A DNA stretch of 60,948 bases, taken from an uncultured Loktanella sp. Lineage in GTDB: Bacteria; Pseudomonadota; Alphaproteobacteria; Rhodobacterales; Rhodobacteraceae. Made by a program: the position numbers and the translations under genes. The stretch is taken from contig CAYZKE010000001.1 of assembly GCA_964478505.1 (NCBI GenBank), positions 1 through 60,948 of the forward strand, written 5' to 3'. Position 1 is the first letter of the stretch; the number at the start of each line of letters is the position of its first letter. Of the stretch, positions 36,980 through 47,358 are shown piece by piece. The notes below the pieces were generated by a model. That model ran no database searches, was not told the DNA's origin, and worked only from the letters and a program-made list of their open reading frames with translations.

Positions 36980-37392
36980 GCGTCCTTTGCAACTTTGCGG
37001 TCAAGTTTTCTTGAGTAGTAGGCAATAGTTGAGGCGTGGTGCACGGACCACAAGTTGAACTCCGATGACCACAATTCCTTCAGTTTTAGTTCTGATTTTT
37101 GCAATGATGTTCCCTATCGAATGGCGCTTTCGCCGGAGGTGGACGCGCTCTATCAATAGCCCGTTACCCCGTCTTTTTCCCTAAACCGGTCGTCTGCGCA
37201 ACCGTAGCGAAATGGTGCTTTGTCCGCCGTGCCGCCATCGGTGCTGTCCACAACGAGCGGCTGCTTTGAGCTTTTGAGCTCAATTATTCCCGCCGCAATT
37301 TTAATAATGGCAAACTACCTTTGGACTTGAGGGTGATTGTGGCTTGTCTGATGACGATGTATCAGGCCGTGTGCACGAAATAGGGGGCTGTC

Positions 37393-38802
37393 ATGCGGTT
37401 TTGGGAAACGGTCTGCCTTATTCTGGTTCTGTCTATGGTTGGGCTGACCTATGAAATTGCGGCTGGCCGCGTATTGGCCCCGTTTTTTGGAACGTCGCTG
37501 GTCACTTGGACCACTGTAATCGCGACGGTCTTGGCGGGGTTTTCATTAGGAAGCGCACTCGGCGGGTTGATTGCAGAACGCGAGCGAGATGTCGCGGCGC
37601 AGATCGTCAGGAGAGCTCTGATAGCTACTGCATTGCTGATGGCGTTGTCACCGACAATCCTTTCGATACTGTATGGGCTAGGAGCGCGTAATACGGGTGG
37701 GATGATCCTGTCGGTTATCGTAGCGTTCTTTCCCGCGTCAGTGCTTGTCAGCTTTCCCTCTCCCTATTTGGCGAAGCTGGCTGTTGAGGCGCGGCCAGGA
37801 CGAGAGGGATCATCGTTGGGCATCGTACTAGCGGCTGGTTCATTGGGCGCCATCGTAGGGGCGATTTTGGCAGGATTTGTCGCATTACCGCTCTTGGGTT
37901 CGGCACTGACCTTTGCAGGATGCAGTGCTATAGCTCTGTTATGCGTCCTTTTCGTGCGTGGCGGTCCGGAGTCTATACTCGGAGTGATCGCACCTGCTGG
38001 ATTGATCATAGCATTAGGCCTTACGAATGGGCCGGTCTGTCGATATGAATCGGGCTTATCCTGCATCGACGTCGGTCAGCGCAACGGTGAAGTTCGCCTA
38101 TTTTCAGACCGCATTACGCAAGCGGCTGAGCGGATAAATTCTAACGGTGCTCGATCGCAAGAGGGCGCATTGGTTCTGCGTTATACGCAAATGCTATGGG
38201 CGCGCATGTCGCTTGATCTGCCTACAGATGCAAATGTGCTCTTTGTGGGTGGCGGCGGGTATACGTTGCCAAGTCAGTTGTTGAGCATGCGCCCAATAGC
38301 ACGGGCCGTAGCGGTCGAGATAGACCCGCTTATAACTGCAGTGGCGAAAGCAAATCTCCCTTGGGCCGGCTCTGTGATCCGAGATAACAGACGGCTCGAG
38401 ATCGTACATGCGGATGGGCGAAGGTTCATCAATGAAACAGAACGCCAGTTTGATGCGGTTGTTATGGATGCGTTTTCATCCGGATCTGTCCCCGCCCATC
38501 TGGTGACGCTGGAGACCTATCAGCGACTGCGCGAGATTGTCGCCGGACCAGTCTATGTGAACCTAATCGACAAGCCAGACGGACGGCTGGCCCGAGGCAC
38601 TTTTGCCATCCTTTCGCAGCTTTATCCGCACGTATCCGCAGTCATGGGACCCGTTAGTGCGCGCGGCTACGCCAATACTATCCTGATAGCGTCTCCTGTA
38701 CCGCTTCCGCCACTTGACGGAATGCCGAGTGAGTACACGGATACGACAATCACACCAAGCCGCCCATTTACAGACAATCGTGGCTGGATCGGGCATCGCT
38801 AG
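37393..38802 (+). CDS. Fused membrane domain / spermidine synthase-like SAM-fold protein
   Basis: N-terminal TMs (YEIAAGRVLAPFFG), VGGGGY, VEIDP, DGRRF, MDAFS. Confidence 0.88.
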   Translation: MRFWETVCLILVLSMVGLTYEIAAGRVLAPFFGTSLVTWTTVIATVLAGFSLGSALGGLIAERERDVAAQIVRRALIATALLMALSPTILSILYGLGARNTGGMILSVIVAFFPASVLVSFPSPYLAKLAVEARPGREGSSLGIVLAAGSLGAIVGAILAGFVALPLLGSALTFAGCSAIALLCVLFVRGGPESILGVIAPAGLIIALGLTNGPVCRYESGLSCIDVGQRNGEVRLFSDRITQAAERINSNGARSQEGALVLRYTQMLWARMSLDLPTDANVLFVGGGGYTLPSQLLSMRPIARAVAVEIDPLITAVAKANLPWAGSVIRDNRRLEIVHADGRRFINETERQFDAVVMDAFSSGSVPAHLVTLETYQRLREIVAGPVYVNLIDKPDGRLARGTFAILSQLYPHVSAVMGPVSARGYANTILIASPVPLPPLDGMPSEYTDTTITPSRPFTDNRGWIGHR

Positions 38803-38877
38803 GTTTAACGAACACGCCTTCTGTCGCACCTCCGACAACCTTTACCGCATCATCATGTATTAGAAGAGAGCATGTGC

Positions 38878-40941
38878 TCAGCGCAAAGCAGCCTCGTCCA
38901 GGACTGCCATCACGGCGGCCGTTGATAACACCTCTGATAGAATGATCCCATCAGGCGCATTTGGCCCATACACAATATTGAACGGAATCCCAAAACGGTC
39001 ATGAGACTCCAGATATCGCGAAATGGCGGGGTCGGAACGTGTCCAATCAGCTTGCATAGCGATGACATCGTTACCTTGAAGCCGGTCAAAAATAGGTGCG
39101 CGATCTAGGACCAATGCCTTGTTTGCCTTGCAGGTCAGACACCAGTCTGCGGTAACATCGACGAAAACCGTCTTGCCTTGGGACACAAGGCGGGGGATCT
39201 CGCCACGGTCGAAGACGACCCAATCCTGATCAACCTGTTTCGCCTCTGCTGGCGAGGTCACGCTACCGGTCATGGCAAGACCGAAAATCGCGATGACGGT
39301 GAGTGAGACAGTTCGGGTCAAGCTACCAATCTTTGGAATAGCTGCAATCGCCACGAAAAGGGTAGCCAAGCCAAGCAAAAACGCTGCGGCCTGCACCCCC
39401 GCTACGCCGCTTAGGACCCACAATAACCAAGCCGCCGTTGCCGCTAGAAGCAAGCCCAGAACCCATTTGATAACAACCATCCAGCGTCCAGGCTTTGGCA
39501 TCAGTCTGATCAAGCCGGGCTTCCATGCAAAAAGGAGATAAGGCAGGGCGAGCCCAAGACCCAACGCCGTAAACACTACAATCACATCAACTGGCTGCCC
39601 TGTCAGGGCAAAGGCAACAGCTGTGCCAAGGAAGGGTGCAGAGCACGGTGTGGCCAATACGGCTGCGAAAGCACCTGTGGCAAAGTCCCCGCCATATCCT
39701 TCGCGCGCGCCGGATCGCGCCAGCCGCGTTTGCAATCCGGATGGCAATGAAATCTCGAATACGCCGAACAGATTTGCCGCAAAGACCGCGAGCACCAGAA
39801 ACATGATCGTCAGGAATATTGGGCTTTGAAACTGCAAACCCCAGCCCACGGTGATCCCAACGGATTGCAGTGCCAGAATTGTAGCCGAGAGCACCCACAT
39901 GAAGGCCAAGACGCCAAGAGCCGACATCAGGAAGCCGTAGCGGACTTGTTGCGCAGGTTTGTCAGCTTGGTTCAGCACTGACGTCAGCTTGATGGAAAGA
40001 ACAGGCAGCACGCAGGGCATGACGTTCAGTATCAATCCACCGAGCAGCGCAAACATGGCGATTGTCATCATCTGAGACAGGTCGGGCCGACCCTCTGTCA
40101 GTGTGAAAGGTGCCTGCGGTACATCTTGCGACCAAGCTGGGTTTGCAGTGACAGAACGTGAGCCATCTGTCAGCGTTACCTGTACCAGTGGAACAACAGC
40201 ATCGCGGGCGTAAAGGGGCAGCTTTGCCCATACTTCCGTTCCAGAACTATTGGTTCTGATATCAGGCTTACCAAAGGTGAAGCTAGGACCCATTTCAGGA
40301 AAAACATCCGGCGCTACAAATCGGTTCTCGGAACTGGCAGTCACATAAAGTGCATCATCGGTGATGACTGCTGTTTCGACAACGATGTCGCTTGCAGCAG
40401 GGTCCAAGGGAACCTTGCGCGCGTACTCGGTAATCAGATCACCCGCATTCAAGTCGATCCCGACTCCAGCGGACAGCGAAAGGCTTAAGGTGAAATCATG
40501 TGGAACACATATTTCGGAGCATGTCAGCAAGGTTACGCTCGCATTTAACAGCGCCGGTTCACCGGCTTCTTGCAAAAGAACTTGAACAGGCAGGACAACC
40601 CGGTCGTGATAACCGAAATTTTCGATGCCAAACGCGGTGAACCTCTCGGGTGCAGGCCATAGAATTTCTGCACTGGCAAGGTTCTGCGATCCATCCCAAG
40701 AGATTTGTGGCGGCAAACCAACCTCGCCCGGTGAGCGCCAGTATGCTTTCCAACCCTCATCAAGCTTGAGGTCCAATCCAAGGGAAAGCGTCGTCGCATT
40801 GGGAGGAACTGCATTCTCCACCGAAATCAACCGCGCGGTTATGCCAGGGTTGGTGTAGGGTTCCGAGATCTCAGCCATTACCATGGATGCCCAAAGGATA
40901 CTTAGAACAGTGAATAAGAAATTTCGGCTGGCAGACAGCAT
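38878..40941 (-). CDS. DsbD/ScsB family disulfide reductase
   Basis: AYWRSPGEVG, CSEIC, NVMPCVLP, ATPCSAP, ADWCLTC. Confidence 0.94.
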   Translation of the reverse strand: MLSASRNFLFTVLSILWASMVMAEISEPYTNPGITARLISVENAVPPNATTLSLGLDLKLDEGWKAYWRSPGEVGLPPQISWDGSQNLASAEILWPAPERFTAFGIENFGYHDRVVLPVQVLLQEAGEPALLNASVTLLTCSEICVPHDFTLSLSLSAGVGIDLNAGDLITEYARKVPLDPAASDIVVETAVITDDALYVTASSENRFVAPDVFPEMGPSFTFGKPDIRTNSSGTEVWAKLPLYARDAVVPLVQVTLTDGSRSVTANPAWSQDVPQAPFTLTEGRPDLSQMMTIAMFALLGGLILNVMPCVLPVLSIKLTSVLNQADKPAQQVRYGFLMSALGVLAFMWVLSATILALQSVGITVGWGLQFQSPIFLTIMFLVLAVFAANLFGVFEISLPSGLQTRLARSGAREGYGGDFATGAFAAVLATPCSAPFLGTAVAFALTGQPVDVIVVFTALGLGLALPYLLFAWKPGLIRLMPKPGRWMVVIKWVLGLLLAATAAWLLWVLSGVAGVQAAAFLLGLATLFVAIAAIPKIGSLTRTVSLTVIAIFGLAMTGSVTSPAEAKQVDQDWVVFDRGEIPRLVSQGKTVFVDVTADWCLTCKANKALVLDRAPIFDRLQGNDVIAMQADWTRSDPAISRYLESHDRFGIPFNIVYGPNAPDGIILSEVLSTAAVMAVLDEAALR

Positions 40942-41010
40942 TAACGTGCTCGCTCAAGTCATGGGATCAGACCCAGTGATATACCCGTCGTCCTTCAATG
41001 AAGAGTTCGG

Positions 41011-41029
41011 AAATGTATCAAAATGTCTG
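41011..41029 (-). promoter_or_regulatory. 11-bp direct-repeat box upstream of dsbD
   Basis: CAGACATTTTGATACATTT on minus strand. Confidence 0.45.
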
Positions 41030-41095
41030 ACTGATGCAGCCTTTCGGCAGGGCTCTATCTATGCTTTTTAGGTGCTGATCGAACCCAAAAGGTAG

Positions 41096-42385
41096 ATGAT
41101 GAACATCAATCGACGGCAAATGCTTATTGGATTAAGTGCGGCAGCGCTGCCCCAGCCAATACTGGCGGCAGAAAGCAGCGTTATCTTGCGTCCTACTAGA
41201 GTGGGGTTGTCGGTCAACGGGCCCATGATCGACATGCTGGGTTTCAACAACTCTGTCCCTGGTCCAGAAATCAGGCTGCCTCAAAACGACACCCTATCGG
41301 CCCGCCTTGAGAACACGCTTGAGGAGGGGACCATGATCCATTGGCACGGTATCAGGCTTCCCAATACGATGGATGGCGTAAACGTCCTCACGCAGGACGC
41401 GGTCATACCTGGCGGCAGTTTTGACTACCGTTTCGCCGTGCCGGATGCAGGGACATTCTGGTATCACTCACATTATCTTTCCCTCGACCAAGTCAGCCGC
41501 GGCATGTTTGGACCTTTGGTTGTTGAAGAACATAACCCACCCGACGTCGACCAAGATATCACGATCCAGCTTTTTGATATCCTCACCGACGCAGAAGGCA
41601 ATTTCGACCGTGCGTTTCATCCAGTTCACTACACGACAGAGGGGCGGCTTGGTGATGTCATGACGGCCTTTTCATCATCATCTCGGACGCGGGTTGGTGA
41701 GCGATTGCGCCTGCGGTTGATCAATCCGTCTGTTGATCGGGTGTTCAAGATCGCACTCCAAGGGTTGTCCGGCGTGGTCGTCGCACTTGACGGCATGCCA
41801 CTGGCGGAACCGCAGCTACTGAGCGAACTGGTTTTAGCGCCGGGGCAGCGTGTTGATGTGATTGGAGATGTTGAAGCAGATGTTCATGTTCTTGAGCAAT
41901 CAGCATCCGAACCATTGTTACTGACCAAGATCAGCCCATCCGGTTCCCGCGAAAAAAGAGACGCTGCAATCGCACCATTGCCACCAAACCGCCTGCCGCA
42001 GCCCGGCCGTATCACGCAAAGCGTTGATCTTGTGATGCAAGGCGGGGCAGGGGGAAAACCACATGGCGGCTTTGGCAGTTGGGCATTTAACGATGTAAGT
42101 GGCCTACCGCGGCAGCCGATCATATCGGCAGGGCGTGGTGAGACAGCTCTTGTTCGACTGCGCAATGACACTGCTTTTCCGCACGGTATTCATCTACATG
42201 GGCATCATTTTTGGGAAACCGACGAAAGCCAAGCACCGACGGTCCTGCGCGACACGACGCTTGTTGAAGCAGGAGAAACCCGAGAGTTACTCTGTGTCCT
42301 CGACAATCCCGGCGCTTGGTTGATCCATTGTCATATGTTGAGCCATCAAGAAGACGGCATGGCCACCTGGTTGCTGGTCGCGTAG
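41096..42385 (+). CDS. Multicopper oxidase (second)
   Basis: NRRQM Tat; HWHG, WYHSH, HGIHLHG, HCHMLSH..GM. Confidence 0.95.
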   Translation: MMNINRRQMLIGLSAAALPQPILAAESSVILRPTRVGLSVNGPMIDMLGFNNSVPGPEIRLPQNDTLSARLENTLEEGTMIHWHGIRLPNTMDGVNVLTQDAVIPGGSFDYRFAVPDAGTFWYHSHYLSLDQVSRGMFGPLVVEEHNPPDVDQDITIQLFDILTDAEGNFDRAFHPVHYTTEGRLGDVMTAFSSSSRTRVGERLRLRLINPSVDRVFKIALQGLSGVVVALDGMPLAEPQLLSELVLAPGQRVDVIGDVEADVHVLEQSASEPLLLTKISPSGSREKRDAAIAPLPPNRLPQPGRITQSVDLVMQGGAGGKPHGGFGSWAFNDVSGLPRQPIISAGRGETALVRLRNDTAFPHGIHLHGHHFWETDESQAPTVLRDTTLVEAGETRELLCVLDNPGAWLIHCHMLSHQEDGMATWLLVA

Positions 42386-42403
42386 CCTCAGGATAATGTG
42401 CGG

Positions 42404-42637
42404 CTAGTCTTTGGCGGCGATAGGAGTTTGCCAAATTGTGCTGACAAGCCGAGCAGACACTGGTTCGTCGAGAATGGCGGCAAATTCGCTGCGCACTACC
42501 GTATTCGCCTCACACAGTTGTTGAAGTTGTGCGCGCAGATGAGGGTCTATCAGCAAGGCTTTTTCGAACATTTCAGTCTCTGCTTCAGTCAACTCACCAT
42601 CGAGGAAGGCGCTCAGTTGTTCGCTGTTTCGCGTCAA
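42404..42637 (-). pseudogene. Isolated anti-sigma factor N-terminal domain
   Basis: LSAFLDGEL...E..L..DP...EPVSARL; no TM, no adjacent ECF sigma. Confidence 0.6.
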
Positions 42638-42697
42638 TTCAATACCCCCGTGCTTAGCGTTCCTGTTTCATCCTGCGCCGGTATTTAGGGCTACAAT

Positions 42698-43483
42698 TCA
42701 TGTATAATTGCACTGCTCAGCCCACCCTTCTTCGCGCTCCAACGCTATGATCCTCATAATCATTGAATCGCTGACTTGACCCTGAACCACCGTGCGCCCA
42801 ACCACGATGGCAGGCGTTCCCACCAGTGCCAGCGCGCGCGACAATGCGGCGCTGTTTTCCAATTCCTGAGAAACCGCTGTGCTATCGATGTCTGCGAGCA
42901 ATTGTTCCTCATCGATCTCTAGATCCTGGGATAATCGGGCCAAGTATTCCGGGTTTGCGACAAATGGCGTTTTCATCAGCCTTTCATGAAACGCGACATA
43001 TGCACCTTGTCGCTTAGCAGCCAGCGCTGCTTTTGCCGCAATGCTGGACCCTTCGCCGAGTAAAGGAAGTTCATGCCATGCGACAGATATTTCATTACCC
43101 CTGGACTTGACTAGATCTGCAAGGCGCTTTGTTTGGACCCTGCAAAACGGGCAGTAATAATCTGAAAATGAAGCAACAGGAACTTGCTCAGGCGAGAGGT
43201 CAAGCTCACCGTATAATGCGCGGCAGACGTTTTCACCGATCCGTGCATCTGCCCGTAGTTTCGCCTCTCTATTGGCCGCAGAATCGTTATTGCCCATCCC
43301 TACAAAAGGGTCGAAAGAACCACCACTTGTCTCACCCGCAACGAATTTACGAAATCCAACCGGCCGATCTAAGTCCACCAATTGAAGCTCTTGCGGTATT
43401 AGGTTGGGGCCGTACCTGAGCGCAGCATAACCCGCCGCAACCGCAGCCAGCGTGATCAGAGTGCCGCGTTTTTTCTCGTCCAC
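42698..43483 (-). CDS. DsbA-family protein with N-terminal anchor
   Basis: FSDYYCPFC, HELPLLG, GTPA; GTG start chosen (ORF extends to 43504). Confidence 0.9.
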   Translation of the reverse strand: MDEKKRGTLITLAAVAAGYAALRYGPNLIPQELQLVDLDRPVGFRKFVAGETSGGSFDPFVGMGNNDSAANREAKLRADARIGENVCRALYGELDLSPEQVPVASFSDYYCPFCRVQTKRLADLVKSRGNEISVAWHELPLLGEGSSIAAKAALAAKRQGAYVAFHERLMKTPFVANPEYLARLSQDLEIDEEQLLADIDSTAVSQELENSAALSRALALVGTPAIVVGRTVVQGQVSDSMIMRIIALEREEGWAEQCNYT

Positions 43484-43546
43484 ACTGCGCCCCTTTCTAT
43501 GCATCTAAGCCCTTTTCTATAGGCTTTTGAAAGTCATTTGATCAAC

Positions 43547-43565
43547 TTTACATATCGATACAAAA
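43547..43565 (+). promoter_or_regulatory. 11-bp direct-repeat box
   Basis: TTTACATATCGATACAAAA between divergent dsbA and APC genes. Confidence 0.65.
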
Positions 43566-43652
43566 CAGTCGGCTCGACTGGGTTACGCCGATTTGCGCTG
43601 GCTTCTAGGATAGTGCTTCTAAGCAACCGAGACTCAGAGCGAGTGACGCCAG

Positions 43653-44981
43653 ATGGACCATGACCATTCCAACAACCCGAAGAATGACGATCGCATAACC
43701 CTCAGCAGTGCTGTTGCGATGGGAACGGGCGTCATGATTGGCGCTGGCATCTTTGCGCTTACGGGTCAAATTGCGCAGCTCGCAGGACCGATCTTTCCTT
43801 TGGCGTTTATTGCCGGCGCGATTGTGACCAGTTTCAGCGCCTACAGCTATATCAAGATGTCAAACGCCTGGCCTTCATCAGGTGGTATCGCGATGATACT
43901 GCAAAAGGCTTATGGGCCCGGGGCCGTTGCTGCGGCCGCGGCACTCCTGATGGCAATATCCATGGTGATCGCAGAGAGCCTGGTCGCACGTACATTCGCA
44001 ACTTATGTCTTAAGGCCATTTGGAATTTCTGACGGACCTCTCATACCGGTGCTTGCGGTAGGCGTCATCGTCTTTGCATTCATTGTAAACAAATTTGGCA
44101 GCAGATCGGTTGGTACTCTGTCTCTCGTGATGGCATTCCTGAAGATAGGTGGCATCGCCCTGTTCGGCATTGCGGCGCTGTGGGCGGGCGGATTTACATT
44201 CGCTGCCGAGACCGAAGCTCCATTTGACGGTGACGCAATCGGATTTGTTGCATCAGTCGCCCTTGCCATACTCGCCTTTAAAGGGTTCACGACGATCACC
44301 AACAGCGGTGGAGAGATCGTGGATCCGCATCGCAACGTTGGCCGGACGATCATGATCTCTATTGCCATATGCGTTGTCGTATACATGCTCGTGGCATTTG
44401 CCGTCGGTTCGAGCCTAACCATTGATGAAATCATCGCTGCAAAGGACTATTCGCTTGCCGAGGCTGCGGCACCTGTTCTGGGGCAAACCGGTTTCTACTT
44501 CACAGTGGTTTTGGCAGCAGTAGCAACCGCCTCTGGCGTCTTGGCCAGCGTTTTCGCGGTGTCTCGCATGCTCACGATGCTGACGGACATGAAAATGATC
44601 CCGCATCGGCATTTTGGCATGTCTGGACCAATTCGAAGTCATATGCTGGTCTATACGATCGTCGTTGCATCGTTTTTAGCCGTCTTCTTCGACTTGTCCC
44701 GTATCGCATCGCTGGGTGCATTCTTCTATCTAGTGATGGACATGATTGTGCACTGGGGCGTTTGGCGATTTATGCGTCACGAGATCAAGGCAAACGGACT
44801 AGTCATCCTCATTGCATTGGCTCTAGATGCGGTTGTGCTGGTGGCATTCACGATAATGAAGCTGAGATCAGACCCCTCCATTGTGGTGATCGCCATCTTT
44901 TCAATCATCACAGTATTTGTGCTTCAGAGGATTTACCTTTCTCGCTGGATTGCACCCGCACAAGAAAGCGCGCATGGATAA
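43653..44981 (+). CDS. APC family permease
   Basis: GVMIGAGIF, LAFKGF, about 12 TMs. Confidence 0.92.
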   Translation: MDHDHSNNPKNDDRITLSSAVAMGTGVMIGAGIFALTGQIAQLAGPIFPLAFIAGAIVTSFSAYSYIKMSNAWPSSGGIAMILQKAYGPGAVAAAAALLMAISMVIAESLVARTFATYVLRPFGISDGPLIPVLAVGVIVFAFIVNKFGSRSVGTLSLVMAFLKIGGIALFGIAALWAGGFTFAAETEAPFDGDAIGFVASVALAILAFKGFTTITNSGGEIVDPHRNVGRTIMISIAICVVVYMLVAFAVGSSLTIDEIIAAKDYSLAEAAAPVLGQTGFYFTVVLAAVATASGVLASVFAVSRMLTMLTDMKMIPHRHFGMSGPIRSHMLVYTIVVASFLAVFFDLSRIASLGAFFYLVMDMIVHWGVWRFMRHEIKANGLVILIALALDAVVLVAFTIMKLRSDPSIVVIAIFSIITVFVLQRIYLSRWIAPAQESAHG

Positions 44982-44999
44982 TTACAAATCGTTACAAAA
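44981..44999 (+). promoter_or_regulatory. 11-bp direct-repeat box upstream of dsbB-DUF2182-lgt
   Basis: ATTACAAATCGTTACAAAA. Confidence 0.7.
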
Positions 45000-45088
45000 C
45001 TCATTGCGCTCAAAGGGTTCTAGGCATGGACGATGCCTCATTTGTAAGCCATTTTCGCGGCTGATCACGTTCACCTGAGTAACTTCAT

Positions 45089-45580
45089 ATGACATATAAA
45101 TCGCACCACGTTGCTGTTCTGGCATCCGCGGGCTCACTGTCCCTGCTTTCGGGCGCATGGATATTCCAAGCACTTGGGTACGCGCCTTGTGCGATGTGCA
45201 TTTGGCAACGGTATCCGCATGCAATTGCCATTCTCTTGGGTCTGTTGGTCCTCTTCGGTCTACGACACATCGGAGTGTATGTCTTTGGCGCACTTGCAGC
45301 GGCAACGACCGCTGGCCTAGGGCTTTATCACACAGGTGTCGAACGCAACTGGTGGGAAGGGCCAAGTACCTGCACAGGGTCAGGTTCAGACATGTCCAGC
45401 ATGACTGCAGATCAATTGCTATCGACTGCGGAGCCCTTGAACATGGTCCTATGCGATGAAGTCGTCTGGGAGTTTCTCAGCCTTTCGATGGCAAGTTGGA
45501 ATGCGATTTTTAGCCTGATGATCGCGGTCTTCTGGGTTATCGCTGCAGTATTGGCTTGCCGTTCGCGTGCATCTGTCTGA
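45089..45580 (+). CDS. dsbB: Disulfide bond formation protein B
   Basis: APCAMCIWQR, WWEGPSTC...CDEV. Confidence 0.92.
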   Translation: MTYKSHHVAVLASAGSLSLLSGAWIFQALGYAPCAMCIWQRYPHAIAILLGLLVLFGLRHIGVYVFGALAAATTAGLGLYHTGVERNWWEGPSTCTGSGSDMSSMTADQLLSTAEPLNMVLCDEVVWEFLSLSMASWNAIFSLMIAVFWVIAAVLACRSRASV

Positions 45581-45625
45581 GGCGCAGATCCGCGCAATTT
45601 ACCCCCTAACAAACGGACACGGCTT

Positions 45626-46330
45626 GTGCAGCAAGTAATACTTCGAAACACATTTTGGTTGGGGTTCTTTGCAATTGTGCTGTGGGCTTGGTGGGTCATG
45701 TTCAGCATGACAATCGCGCCAATGTCGATGATGCCTAGCAAGTATCTGGGTCTCTTCTCAATGTGGGCGATCATGATGGCGGCGATGATGGGCCCAACAT
45801 TTGTCCCAACTATGCGCGCTTATGAAGACCTGATTACATCGGCCGATGGGAGCAGATCAGGTTCAGTCGGCGTGGTCCTGGGCTTCTTTGTTGTTTGGGT
45901 GGGTTTCGCGGGGTTGATCGCATTCGCGCAGTATCGGCTGATCGAAGTTGGCGTGCTAACGGCTATGGGACAGTCCGTATCGAAATATTTCTCTGCGGCC
46001 CTCCTGCTTTCCGCCGGTATATACCAGTTTACCGCACTGAAGGATCGATGCTTGGATCACTGCAGGTCGCCGACATTCCAGTTCCTCGCACACTGGCGGA
46101 CAGGGTTCTCTGGCGGGCTCTACATGGGATTGCATCATGGCGCCTATTGCGTCGCCTGTTGCTGGGGTTTGATGGTCATTGGTTTTGTTGGCGGCGTCAT
46201 GGACTTGCTTTGGATGGGTGGTGCGACGCTTTTGATGACTTTGGAAAAGCTCCCTCAGGTGGGTAGATACCTGACGCGGCCACTCGGCGTGGGCCTGATC
46301 TCTTGGGGCATCTTCACACTCATTCAATGA
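45626..46330 (+). CDS. DUF2182 predicted metal-binding membrane protein
   Basis: [44 protein letters not shown]. Confidence 0.88.
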   Translation: MQQVILRNTFWLGFFAIVLWAWWVMFSMTIAPMSMMPSKYLGLFSMWAIMMAAMMGPTFVPTMRAYEDLITSADGSRSGSVGVVLGFFVVWVGFAGLIAFAQYRLIEVGVLTAMGQSVSKYFSAALLLSAGIYQFTALKDRCLDHCRSPTFQFLAHWRTGFSGGLYMGLHHGAYCVACCWGLMVIGFVGGVMDLLWMGGATLLMTLEKLPQVGRYLTRPLGVGLISWGIFTLIQ

Positions 46331-46392
46331 GGGGCATCACGGGCCACCAAGTCGGCCATGCCCGCGCCTCAACTTTAATAAACGAAGGACCA

Positions 46393-47307
46393 ATGATGAT
46401 CGGCTATCTTCCATTTCCTGATATCGGGACCGAGATATTTGCGCTTGAGCTGGGTGGATTTCGACTGGCACTGCGCTGGTATGCGCTCGCCTACATTGTC
46501 GGGCTCTTTGTTGGATGGCGCATTTGTGCAAAAACCATCGGCCGTGCCGATTTCTGGGCAAAGGCTGGACCACCGTTTTTGAAGCGGCAATTGGAAGATT
46601 TGTTCACCTGGATCGTCGCGGGCGTGATTATCGGGGGGCGGCTGGGATTTGTTCTGTTTTACCAGCCAGAATACTATCTGCAGAACCCACTGGAAATCCT
46701 GATGGTATGGCAAGGTGGCATGTCATTTCACGGGGGATTTCTCGGCGTCGTTCTCTCAACGCTAATCTTCTGTCATCGGCAAGGTGTCGCTGTCCTGCCG
46801 ACAGCAGATCTTTTGGCAATCGCCACACCACCCGGTCTTTTCCTGGGGCGGGTAGCGAACTTCACCAACAACGAGCTGTGGGGGCGGCCGACCGATCTGC
46901 CATGGGGTGTAGCATTCCCCGGTGAGGTGGCGCAGGCCTGTCCCGGGGTTGTTGGTGTTTGCGCACGGCACCCGTCTCAACTTTACGAAGCAATTCTTGA
47001 AGGTTTGATCCTCGGAGCATTGCTCCTATTTCTGGCTTGGCGGCGCGGTTGGTTGCGTTCCCCCGGGCGGCTTACCGGAGTGTTTCTGCTAGGTTATGGA
47101 AGTTCTCGCGTTTTCGTCGAGTTTTTCCGACAACCCGACATGCAGTTTGTCACGCCAGACAATCCGATCGGCTATGCACTGCACTGGGGAAACTGGGGCA
47201 TCACGATGGGGCAGAGCCTCTCCATTCCAATGATCTTGATTGGTGTTGTATTGATCCTGTGGCCTGTTCTTGGACAAAGGAAGGCAGGGCTACCGAACCA
47301 ACCCTAG
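46393..47307 (+). CDS. lgt: Prolipoprotein diacylglyceryl transferase
   Basis: [36 protein letters not shown]. Confidence 0.96.
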   Translation: MMIGYLPFPDIGTEIFALELGGFRLALRWYALAYIVGLFVGWRICAKTIGRADFWAKAGPPFLKRQLEDLFTWIVAGVIIGGRLGFVLFYQPEYYLQNPLEILMVWQGGMSFHGGFLGVVLSTLIFCHRQGVAVLPTADLLAIATPPGLFLGRVANFTNNELWGRPTDLPWGVAFPGEVAQACPGVVGVCARHPSQLYEAILEGLILGALLLFLAWRRGWLRSPGRLTGVFLLGYGSSRVFVEFFRQPDMQFVTPDNPIGYALHWGNWGITMGQSLSIPMILIGVVLILWPVLGQRKAGLPNQP

Positions 47308-47358
47308 CGCGGCGCCGACCATTTCTTCAATGATACTCATCTGTAGCGGAGTGAACCG

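Noticed and set aside
37065-37184. 39-codon hydrophobic ORF MTTIPSVLVLIFAMMFPIEW...
   Set aside because: No clear SD or homology cue; cannot be supported
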